A model generated the notes under the pieces. That model saw nothing but the letters and a program-made list of their open reading frames with translations. It did not search any database and was not told where the DNA came from. The position numbers and the translations under genes are program-made. From Felis catus (lineage: Eukaryota), in the NCBI RefSeq assembly GCF_018350175.1, contig NC_058368.1, positions 73,906,001 to 73,970,000 on the forward strand: DNA of 64,000 nucleotides. The letters run 5' to 3'. Shown one piece after another: positions 1 through 11,353 of this stretch; within the stretch, counting starts at the first letter, position 1; every line of letters begins with the position of its first letter.

Positions 1-3000
1 CGGAGAGCCCTCCTGCTCCCACCCTGTACCTTTGCAAACCAATTAAGTTCCTGACTTGTGAAATGCTGAGCATGATAAGGAAAGCATATTTAAATCCATT
101 AAATATAATCTTTTTCTTATATCAGAGGGCTATTAAGCATGATCTCTAGCTGCTCAGTGAATCTCTCTGGGAGAGAAAGAAATGAGTTTGGGGATTTGGG
201 AAAGGCCAAGAGAATGGGATGAAACACTATGGGCAAGGTGTCATATCAGTTCTCCAGCAAACATGTTGCCAGAGCTCAGTGGTGATGCCCAACCCCCTCT
301 CCACATCGCTGGGGGGAAAAAAAATCAACCCAACCTGTTAAAATGCTGGGTATCTTGTAAGACACTTTCCTGTACTGACATGTGCGTGCATAGTCATTGA
401 AGTGTCCCTGCCTAAGTAGCTGCTTTTAGTCTAGCTTAGAGACACACATCATTCTATTTATGTGATGGATAATGAGTTCACACACATATTGGCCAATGCA
501 ACCGAGAGAATCAATTACTCATAATTGATCCAAGCTGTAAACTTTCCAGTTATGGTTCAGGCATTTCATGATCGTCTATACAGTTCTTCCAGAGCAAATT
601 CTAAATCAAACCTGGACTTTCTTTCTAGACTTTGTTGTTTTTTTAAGGACCACTAATTCAAATGCATTTTCCATGTTTGTTCCTCCGGCTAAATTCTTAA
701 CTTTGACACAGTGCTTTTCCCTTTTTTCTCTAATTTTTCTAGAAGAAGTAGCCTATCAAATCAAATCAAATTACCTCATGATGCATTTGGTGTGTATATA
801 TATATATACCCCAAAATATTATTTTGGAAAAGACTCAGTTGTATTGTTTAAAGTAGGGTATTGGCAATCATTTTGGTATATTATGATACATTTAAAAGGA
901 AACATAATGCCATTTGTCATAAACTTCTACTCGTCCTTGGTTTGTATAATATTTATTGGCTATATAAGTCAATAGCTTCCACACGATCAGGTTATGTTCA
1001 CTTGGTTACTTGAAAAACAGATGGTTATTTGAACATAAACTAAAGTACTTAAGGGAAAGTATTTGAAGTACAATGATGCAGAGACTATGGTAAAGTTGTC
1101 TGAATCAGGTAAGTGGCTTCCCAAAGGACAGTGTCATATTTTATAATCTGTTCCTTGGGAATAAATTTGCTTTGTTTACATGACATTGTATTTCATATGA
1201 TTTACAGAGTCACTAAAAGAGAATGCTAAACTCAACTTCCTTTTAGAAGTAAATTCTAACTGTACGTATGCCGGTTTCATTTGTGACGGAAGCTTGGAAG
1301 ATCCAATTTAGGAATAAATACTCGGCATATTGGACTCATGGTCAATATCCTTGACCTTGTAAGCAGCTTCTATCTGACGAGTAAGCAAGACCGTCAAAGG
1401 AAGCAAAGAACTGGTTTACATATATTGGGGGGTTTATTTGGATTTATGTGGAAACGAATTTCTCTACTTTTTCCATGTTTGTTTTTATCTTATTTCTAAC
1501 CATAGTTTTGCTTGTTTTTCCTTTTCCAGGCAAGATTTTAATCTGTTCTTAGTAAGTCATCTGTACCAGGGTCACATTAAAATGCTTCTGATAAGCCCTC
1601 AGTAGATTTTTCTTCCTTCTTGACTTGTATTTATGGTACTTCTTCTTGCCTGTTAGAAAAATAGTCTCTGCGGATGTAGGGAAGAGACACGGAATGGTTC
1701 CTTTTTTAGTTCAAGTATTACCTACATGAAGAGGGGACCTGAAATTTGCTCACAGAGGTCTTCAGTAGATGGAGAGTTGTTTCTATTCATCTCTTGTCTA
1801 TAAGTTTGCATTAGCTTCCTTACTAGCAAATGTTTTAAAGCATCACCTAGATTGCATTTTTAATTATGATCCTTCATCTTTTAGAAGGCATTCTATATCT
1901 ATATCAAACTGCACTGTAAAAAACATCCCCAAGTAGATGATTCATGTTTTGAATATTCCAAAGTGGGGAACTACCCTGAAAAACTACTGTATTATCCTAT
2001 TAATTTGAAACTCTCCCACATGTATGAATTCATACAATACATTGAAAATAGACAATGCACGAAAATAGAAAATAATTCATGTCAATTTTTCCACCCACAG
2101 TATTAGAAAAGGGGCAACCTTTTGACTTCAGGAAAATGTTTTACATTATTACTGTTTAGCATTTTTCTTGAAGCAACTGGGTCAAAGGATCTTAGGAACG
2201 AACTCAAGAAAATTCAGTGGTCATGTTTAGCTACAAATTTAATTTTTAGCTAAATGAACTTGACATGCTTTATGGTGAAAAGGAGTGCTGTCCTGTGTAA
2301 GTTCATTCTGATCTTCGTGCTTCTGCAAAGTAGCGGATACACATTACAGTTTCTCCAGTGCAGAGATTTTTCTTCACACACACTTGGAAAGCCCCAAGGG
2401 CATCACCTCCTTTGGGGCATTGGATGGTGGAATTGAAGGTCTGCTGCTTCGGGAAAAGGAGTCTCAAGCATTTGTGGATATCCTTAGGAGGAATGAAATA
2501 GAGATTAAATGCCATTACCTGAAGAAGCTGCAGAAACTCCTTCTTCTATTGGGACTACCTCTCTTTCAACTTTTGTTTTCCAAGAGGGTCGATGATTTGG
2601 ACCGCAGAGAAATGGAATCTGTAATGACAAGTGTCTTTTGTGGACTATGTAAATTTCAGAGGCTAGAAGGCATCCAGGAGTTTTAGCATGGAAGCAACTG
2701 GCTTCTGTTGGTGCCTGTATCCGTGGACAGAGATAGCCTATTGTAATATTCTCCGGATACGCCATTCTAATCTCTTATTGTCTGTCACGGTTCTCTGTTG
2801 ACATTTGTTCTACAAAGGGTAATTCACTATTTATGACATGCAGAATTCATTAATGTGTGTCACTCTTGTAAATTTTTTAATCATCAACAACATGCATTAC
2901 AGGCAAAAAAATGCAACTCTCACACGTATCATTTTGCAGTAGTTTACCGACTACGAGGCTTTTTATAAATAGTGTATTTGTTAACAGTTGAGACATCAGA

Positions 3001-3559
3001 AAACAAGCCTTTAATTGGTTGCGTGCCCTGCCTTTCTGGGCACTTTCTGAGTACAAACAGAAGTCCATTTTCAATGGTTTCTGTTAATTTTCTATTTAGC
3101 TAATATATGTGCTCGTCTGGGTTTGAGCATATGTTTGGGAGAAAAAGTCACCTGAAGCGGTTTCTGTGTGATATTGCCCGTTGGCATCTTAGAACAGGGT
3201 CTTTTTGGTTCAGACAAGGACTATACTGTGCTTTGTTATGGTCAACATTTAGAGTGAAGCTATTTTGGTGTTTTGTTTATTTAAAAATTGAAAATTGAAA
3301 ATTTCACATTTTCTTGTGAAACCAAGATTTTGCATTTTTTCAATAATATCCCCTTCACCAAAGATATATTTTACTCACACCTTAGGAATGGTCCATAAGC
3401 TAATGTTCCCCAGGGTGAAAGATATTTAAAGGACACTTGAAAACATAGTTGATACGTGCTTTTGGAATCAAAAATAAGCAAATAAAAATGGGTTCCTTGG
3501 TTTGCAAACAAACTCCAAATCCCTAAGAGAAAAATGAAGAGCTGTGTTGTAGGCTGAGT

Positions 3560-3935
3560 TCATCTGGAGACAAGTCTAGAGACAGACGTTCTCATAGTCT
3601 ATGGGGCCGATTATTTTCTTATTGACTTTGACTTGAGAGAGGAAGACCATCTAAAACCTAACACAAGGCAAGTTTCTGAGGAACTACACCCAAGGGACAG
3701 AATTAGGTCCAGTGACCATCACGCCACTTAGAGTCTGAGTTAGGAAGAAGAGTCATTTTAACTCAATAAAAAGAATATTTATCTGTCCAATGAGCTTCCT
3801 TAGAGGATACAAAGTTTCTTGTTCCTGGAAGAACAGATGATCACCCGGGAAGCATGTGTTAAAAGGGATGCAAACATTAGCTCAGAGTTGTATTTCAGCC
3901 CAAGGCTCCTTTCACCATTGGAGTTGAAGTCTCTG
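3560..3935 (+). mobile_element. CR1/L3 LINE 3' end, highly decayed
   Basis: Segments such as gagcttccttagagg...tttcttgttcctggaag...gatgatcac...aaaagggatgc...aaggctcctttcacc follow the order of the recalled L3/CR1 3' consensus; boundaries approximate. Confidence 0.45.
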
Positions 3936-6024
3936 TAGTTCTGCATGTGGGAATAGGCAGGATCTTCTGTGAAGCTCAGGTATTTCCTGTGTCTTACTCA
4001 GATGGGGATAGAAACCACGCAGACAGCCTATTAAATGATATTAACAACCAAGACTACATGATCTATAACCAGTCCTCTTTTTCCTTCTCATTTTCCCTGG
4101 CCTCGATTCTTTGTTTTCTTGTTCAAATTCCTCTCTTGTGATACTAAGAAGTCAGTATAATTTCTCACCAGGGACGGAGTGGGTCAATCACTTTTCCAGT
4201 GGTTTCTCTGATTCATTAATGTCTGTGCTATAGGGGGAAAGTAATTAAAGGAGGAAAAAAAATCCCCATAAAATCTACCTCCTCCCTAAACCGAGGAGCC
4301 CAGTGATATGGAGAGCCAATTCCACAAAGTGACTTAGATTTCCAGTGCTGCCAATCTGGCAGGTCTTCAACACTAAATTTCTAAAAATTTAAAAAGGGGA
4401 AAAATACCCAACCTGCCAAGTATCACTCTACTGTCAATAAAATCAAATGAACTGCTTTTTTCTGAATATTGACCCCCAAGGAGAAGAGCATGCTGATTAC
4501 CTTAAACATCACAAATTCTTTTAAAATGCTTTAGCCCAGGTATTTTTTTTTTTACTCTTTAAATATTTTATTAAGAACGATCAAGTATTTTCTATTAAAA
4601 AGTTGACCTTTGGGCTAAATTAATCGTTAATATTTTAAACTATATAGATTACAGCAACTTTGGAGTAGGTGTTTTTTTTTTCTTCTTTCTAGCATGCCTA
4701 GGTGCCTAGTAAAAGTGAATTGGAATATTATATATATTAGTACTGTTTTATTGGAATACAATTTTTCCTACTTTTGGATTTTGGTGTAATATTTATGTAT
4801 TTTCCAAGAGGCATTTACATAAAACTTAATCTGGAATGTTGACAAGGAAAATAAAACAAAAAAAAATAAAAATTCAACTCCCATATAAAAAGGAACCAAT
4901 GTGCGATTATCAGTGAAAAATTGTGAGTACTATAAAAAAGGCAAAAAGGATCAGAAATACAAGCTATCATCCAAAGCATACAGAAAAGAAGGTGTTTCTA
5001 ATGGGCATTTAATGAGGAATAAGTTGCTGAAACTCCAGTTATTACAGTGTTGGCTGGAAGGAAATGAAAACGTGGTACTAAAAGTAAAATATCTTTTGAT
5101 TAACTACAACTTCAAAATCAAATTAAAAACTGAAACTGATTATAAACAGAATGGGTAAAATCACGAAGTTCAGAAGAGCTTGGCGACTTCGTAGGCATGG
5201 CTAGCGGTTCGGTGTGTTAAGATGTGAGGGCGTCCGTGGCCCTCTGGCAAGGACACTTAACGTTTGCATCCTTCTCTAGGTAATCAAGGCAAATCCTAAG
5301 CACGTGAACTGTGAAGTGGGTAGGTTACTTTGTAAATGACCAACTCGGAAGTGAAGGCGTTTTTATGATGGTCCTTAAAGCAAATCATGTGACTCTCAAG
5401 GTACAAAGCTTTCTTGAATTACAATTCGATGTACAAAACAGATGCTTGCAAGTATTTACATCACATTGGAGTCATTGAAACAAAGATGCATTTGAAAGCA
5501 CATGCATTGACCACTCTTTACTTATTGTGCTTTAAATAGTCATCTCTTTTGATCCACCTTTGGGACAGGCTAAGAAGATGGCAAGAGAGTGGACAACAGG
5601 GGAACTTAAGTATCTGGAGTGTTTGCTGATCAATAATTCCTCCACTAATCACATCCAATTTGTTTATTGATTCATTCAGTTATTCATCCACAGACTGGCC
5701 CCAGATCATCATAGGTAAGTCACATAGAGCCTCTAAATTGTTTAAAAGAGGAAGAAAGCTTTTCTTATCCTGAACTTGTGTTGGTCTCAGAGACGGCTTT
5801 TTGTTTTTTGTGGATTTTTTTTCCCCAAAATGGAGTGAAGATTTAGGGATTCTTAGTCAATAGAGGACTCCTGGGAACATAGATAATTTTCACACAAAGG
5901 CTTCATGCTTTTAGATGGAGGCATTATGAAGTTTCAGAATATACGGGGAAGAAAGGTTTTCAACTCTAAATATGGGGGAATAATACAGAACTAAATATGA
6001 AGAACTCTTTATAATGAGAGAAAC

Positions 6025-6225
6025 GCGGTATAGCTGGAGGCATCTAGGTGTCGGAATAAGAGACAGGGATTAGGGTTCACATTTAACCATTTAAGTGCTG
6101 TGTGGCCTTGGCCATATTATCAAACCACCCGGATCCTTTGTTTCTTCTCCTGTGAAATGCAGCAGTAATATAGGCCAAGCATGATAGTTGTGAACATCAG
6201 GAATTAGCTATGTAAAGCCCATCAC
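6025..6225 (+). mobile_element. MIR SINE
   Basis: MIR core: gctgtgtggccttggcc...tttgtttcttctcctgtgaaatg...tatgtaaagccc. Confidence 0.65.
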
Positions 6226-6246
6226 GTTATTTTCTTTCCTTTTCCT

Positions 6247-6277
6247 ATGTGTGTAGGTGTGTGTGTGTGTGTGTGTA
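6247..6277. repeat. (TG)n microsatellite, interrupted
   Basis: atgtgtgtaggtgtgtgtgtgtgtgtgtgt read directly. Confidence 0.9.
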
Positions 6278-6439
6278 CACCAAATATTTCTACTATTTCT
6301 GTCCTCTAGCATGGCCAGTGGAGTTAAGGGTACTTTATTGTCAGGTAACATCAGTAGGAAGCATTAATAGTATTGCATAGATGCTGACTTTTAAGACAAC
6401 TACACTGGATAGAGACAGAAGGTCATGCTCTGGTTCATG

Positions 6440-6635
6440 TCGTGACAGTATTTGTTGAAGCTTGCAAGTGCTTTAGAAGCCAAGTGCTCTGTCTGCTTAA
6501 GCTTATTTAGTTTTCTCACCCACCCTCGGAGGAGGTATATCTTATGTTAACAGCAGGAGAGACGAGGCTCTAGAGATCTGGAATGATTCACCTCGTGTTA
6601 GTAAATGGTGGAGTATGGACTGGAACACACACACG
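6440..6635 (-). mobile_element. MIR SINE
   Basis: tatttgttgaag...aacagcaggagagacgaggctctagag...ttagtaaatggtggag matches reverse MIR core. Confidence 0.55.
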
Positions 6636-6889
6636 GGAGGACCCCAGGACCCCACTCCTATATGGACGTGGACATGTGCATTGTACCTTTGCATCCTACG
6701 CACTGGACTCCATCACAGTGAAGTCAGGTAAGGAATCGTCTGTTTTACCTGAACAATAGTGTTCCTAAGCATGGTGACATCTTACCATGGCTGGAGGTTA
6801 CCTAATGGAACCACACTACTGCTAGGTCTAACTTCTTTCCTTTGGGAAGCTTTAGGAATGTTAATTAAAAAAAAATGAGTGAAATGTTT

Positions 6890-7075
6890 TATCTCTCCCC
6901 AAAGATATCAGAATACCTATGCCTTATATAATGTAAATCTGCTAGAACAGAACTTTCTTCTTGTTTTTGTTTTTTTTTTCTTTTCCTTCTTTTTAGTGTG
7001 TTGATGTGTCCCTAGACCTTAGAACAATGTCTGGCATATGGTAGGTGCTGAAAATATTTTTTGTTGAGTCATGGA
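6890..7075 (+). mobile_element. L2 LINE 3' end
   Basis: ccttagaacaatgtctggcatatggtaggtgctgaaaatattttttgttgag is the typical L2 3' terminus. Confidence 0.65.
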
Positions 7076-9929
7076 GCAGTATCACTTTGAGAAATCCAAG
7101 AAGACAACCCAGACCACATTCTACCCATCACCTAAGGCAACGTGGGTTCCTTACCAGGGAGAATCAGATTTGCATCCAAACTTTACAGCTTAATTGTGCA
7201 ACCATGATGATTTAAAGTACAGTTCTGAGTCTCTTCATTTCTTTTAAAAATTTTTTCCTTTGTATGTGTGTATCTAGGATTGTGTCTCAATTTATTAAGA
7301 TCAGATAGAGAGGACACTTAGCGCTAAGCCTGGCACACGGTGATAAGTACTTGTTTTTCCTCTTTCTCTTTGTGACTTAATGATACATCAGCTTATAATG
7401 TGCCACAGTCGATATGTGCAAAAATTCTGGACAGTAATATGGGAAATATTCTCATTTATTTTAACAAAATGCATCATCCCCAAATGCCATAATGGAGTTT
7501 CCATTAACAAATAGAGCATTCAGATTCCAACCTAGAAGACAAGTAGCTATTTCTTTGCTCTGAAGTTTCATAAGTGTATTACTCTTGTCTTTATTTTGTT
7601 TGACTTCAGCTGAAAGTCAGTTTTAACATAAACGAGAAAACTGCTTTTTTTAAAAAAATGTGTATAACCATCAACATCTGAGAATACTAAAATCTCTTGC
7701 TCTAGATACTTCGTATTCTTGTTTCTTCCAGCCGTTCCTCGTTGTCATTCCCTCTACACAATTGGAAATGACCACCCTGTGTCTGTAAAATTGCTTCTGG
7801 GAACTTCCCAATGTTTATCCCATATTGTGTTACAATTACTTTTGGCATCTAAAGTCAAAATTTGCCTCTCAACCTAGACTTAACTTTTTTTTTTTTTTTT
7901 TATCTTCTGCCTTTGAAACAACATATTGGCAGATTGTTTGTTCTTATCTGAGGTTCTGGGAGTTCCCTGGAGGTTTAAAGTGCACTTTTTCTCAGAAACC
8001 TCATGTGGAAGTTTTGCTTTGTTTTGTCTCATCTCCCCCACATGCTTTCTGTTTTCGGTTTCAGAACAAATTGTCCACTCACTGCTTTAGGCCTTCCAGA
8101 AACTCCAGTGTGTAAGCAGTGCTGGTCATTGTCTGTTATTCCACGATCACACCTCCTCAAGCTCTAATCCTGTTACCATCTGTAGCCTAAGTAAGAGAGG
8201 GGAGGCTTGGGCCTTGCCCCTGGAAAGGCCACCTGGATTCCGTGTTGGCTGTTAGGGATAAACAACTAGCAGACTGGATTCTGCATGTTTCATGGCAGTG
8301 TTGAGGAATCTCCTAGCCCCAGGCTTAGTGTGTGGATGCCCTCAGAGCTGGGGGCCAGGTTCAGACCTTCTCAAGGTCTACAACACGCTTCGGCGATGGG
8401 AGGGGTACAGCCGGCTGAAGAACGAGGAACTAGGCACGGGCAGGCTCTGCCATTGGATATTAATAGATCTTCAGAAAAATGCTGTGGGAGTGAGTCGCAC
8501 CAGCGAGGTGCTCTGGGTCTGCTACCATTCTCTCTGACTCCTTCCCTGTATTTACTGTCCTCAGCATAAACCGGTGGACGGGAGACTGGCTTCTTTTTTT
8601 AAAATTCTATGGCCACCTGCAAACGTTTTTTTTTTTTTTTTTTGGTATGTTACTGAAGACAAATGCCAGTTGAAGTACACTCAGGAAAAATTTGAGTTTC
8701 AGTGGAAAGCTATGGTTGTCTATAGCATGTGATTCTACTCTACAGGTGCTTTTCTACAGCTCTGTAAGCTGCAGGCAACTCATAGAAAAGCAGCAACACT
8801 TGTCCATTTGTCTGTAGACACAACAATTCTGTCCGGTTGGACGTTCGTTTTGATTGACCTCCTTCCTCTGATTCTGGAAGGAACCAGTTTGTCTCCATGT
8901 GCACATTTATTTCATTATTCTTGATCTATACAGAGGCCTGTTTTCGTGTGTTTGTTTTAATCTTTGAATTGGGGTAACAGCTCACCACTGCCTTCATTCG
9001 TGAGTTAAATTAAATCTTAAGCATGTGTTCATTTTTATTTCTACATCAGTCATGGTTTAACCCTTTTTAGGAAATTATCCTTGATCCAATACTATCTCCT
9101 ATGGTATTGGTTCTCCGTTTGGCTCACATAACTTGTTCTTTTCATTTCCTGCTTCCTGAGTCAATGTAGGAAGGTTTTGCTGACAGGTACAGGTTTTCCT
9201 GTTGAAATGAGAGGACATCTTCTGCCAGATTCCTTGTTTATGGAAGCCTGGCTGCATCTGAGTTGTAAAGTGCAATGGCCCTGCTTCTCTCCATTCCTGC
9301 CCCCAGTCTAGTGTCTCCCATTTCCCTGGGCATTTGGATATGTCGATAAGGGCCCTCCTGGGCCTTTTATCCATCTCACACATTTTTCCCAGAGGGCACC
9401 GTGTTACCCTGAGTGAGGAACAGCACAACGGACTGAAGCCTCTGTCCCTCCACCTTGGCTCGGAATAAGGGAGGGTTTTGTGGTATTTGTGGGTTTGTGT
9501 GTTGTTTCCCAAGATGACTCTCCTAACTCTGTACACCCAAAGTTCTACAGGAATTTTCTGTGGCCGTTCACATCCTGCCTTTTCATTGTCCAAGTTCCAT
9601 TTGGACCTCTTCGAGGAGGGCCCAGTGACAGCGAGATGTAGAGCTGCTCTCAACTAGGATGGTCCTGTCCTTTGTTGGATTTGAGATTTTTGTCCGGAGG
9701 CCACAGCTCGCCCTTATCCTGATCCCCTCTCCCTTTGTCTAGAAACAGCTGATGGATCCTCCCTCTGTGTCTCCAAAAAACTGCTATCTGGTGCTGTGAT
9801 ACAATATTTTCTTATAATGAAACACATGTAGATGGGTTGGCGTTCATGTGCTCATCTCACTTCTTTCCCTCATGTTCGTTCCTAATGCTCTTATTATAAA
9901 AGCAATAGTAGTCACTTGTCTTCATTATT

Positions 9930-10445
9930 CCAACAGTTTCCCAACTTTCCCATTGACTTTTTGTCTTTTTAGTTTTTCAAATTCGTTCTCTACACTGTGG
10001 CTGCAGTGATCTTTGTAAAACACAAACGTGATCTATGTCTCTTCTCCAGTTAAAACATTGCAAGAAATCAATATGGCGATGAGAATAGAAGACACTTAAT
10101 GTGTTAGCCTCTGCCTAGCTCAGAAATGAACCTCCCTCACTGGTATTTCCAGTTCCCCTGATTGACAAACTCCCATGCCCTATACCACATTGTTCCCTTG
10201 GTCTAGAATGCTCTGCCACTCTTCCTCTGCTCATGTTTGCTTACTTCCCGTTTATTCTTTAGACCTCCATTAGAGTTTCTTCCTGTAAGAAGTGTTTTCT
10301 CGCGATAAATCCAGCCAAAGTGCCCCTCATGTGGTAACAGAACTTCCTCCAGGCTCATCAGAGGTTTATAATAGTCTTTTAAAATCAAGTGGTTATTTTT
10401 CAGTGTCTCACATGTTCATTGTTGCAGCCCCAGCAACTAATAGGA
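9930..10445 (+). mobile_element. L2 LINE fragment
   Basis: ttcgttctctacactgtggctgcagtgatctttgtaaaacacaaacgtgatc...gtctagaatgctct L2-like blocks. Confidence 0.55.
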
Positions 10446-10579
10446 GTGCTAATTAGTTCCTTTCCATCACTGCATAGCTTCCCCTTATCAAATACCTTCC
10501 CAAATGTGAGTGCTTCACAGACATTTTTTACTAGATGGGGCAACTTTATCTTACTAAATTCTTACTAAAATCTGTGGGA

Positions 10580-10720
10580 GAGGTTCTCTCTCTATTGAAT
10601 GACTGGTGAGATTGAGGTTTGGAGAGATTAAATAATTTACTCATATTGCTATCAAATGTTCCAAATTGGGATTTGAATCTGGGTTGGTCTACTTCCAAAG
10701 CTTATTACTATCTGGATCAT
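10580..10720 (-). mobile_element. MIR SINE fragment
   Basis: ggtgagattgaggtttggagagattaaataatttactc...gggatttgaatctggg. Confidence 0.55.
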
Positions 10721-10812
10721 TCTAGCAGACAGAGTGATTTAGATTCTCGGCTACACAGTCTGTTTAAGTCTAACTCGACTGAAACGTGATGCAATTCTGC
10801 TTGCATGCATGC

Positions 10813-11353
10813 ATTTGTTATAGCAGCAATAGGAAACTAATACAGCATCTGTACAAGCAGAATTGCATTACAATTCAGTTGAGTTGGACTTAAGACAACA
10901 ACACTTACTATCTTTCATTGGGCTTGGAGTCTATCCCGGATCTTACTTGGCAATAACCAAGGTGCTGGTAGGGTAGGGCTGTGTGCCTTTTGGAAGCTCT
11001 TAGGGAGAATCTGTTTTTTTGCCTTTTCTGGCCTCTAGAGAACACTCTCTTTCGTTGGCTGGTGGCCTCTTCTTCCATCTTCAAAGCTACCAGGAGGCAT
11101 CTCTTTGACCCTGCTTCCCTCATCAAATCTCTCTCTGACTCTCTTTTTCTGCTTCCCTATTCCACTTTTCTGGAACCTTATGATTATTTGGGGCTACCTG
11201 ATAATTTAGGATGATCTCCCTATTTTAAAGCCATCTGATCAGCAACCTTAATTCCACCTGCCACACTTTAATTCTCGTTTCTGTGTAACCTTGTATATTC
11301 ACAGGGATTCCAAGGCAAACAGCTTTGGAGGGAGCATTGTTCTACTCACTGCA
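10813..11353 (-). mobile_element. MaLR solo LTR (MLT1D-like) with its 3' terminal 32 bp inverted
   Basis: Body (ggaagctcttagggagaatctg...tcttccatcttcaaagc...gataatttaggatgatctccctattttaaag...cagcaaccttaattcc) is reverse MLT1; terminus atttgttatagcagcaataggaaactaataca at 10813-10844 is in the opposite orientation; possible 5-bp TSD catgc/catac. Confidence 0.75.

Noticed and set aside
568..975. 135-aa hydrophobic ORF
   Set aside because: F/I/L/Y richness follows from T-rich low-complexity DNA; no family resemblance
1510..1557. Possible 22-nt microexon (ttttccag|1530..1551|gtaagt)
   Set aside because: Not frame-preserving and no supporting neighbouring exons; such matches are common by chance
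2384..2686. 100-aa + ORF as a host-gene exon
   Set aside because: No recognisable protein; frames of this length are expected by chance; kept only as an unassigned island
1100..6735. Isolated strong donors (AG|GTAAG at about 1108, 5715, 6727)
   Set aside because: No strong paired acceptor or recognisable open exon upstream
9099..9653. Longest track ORF (184 aa, minus)
   Set aside because: Starts at a non-ATG codon, no recognisable domain, no convincing exon structure; plausible as the chance-longest frame in 64 kb
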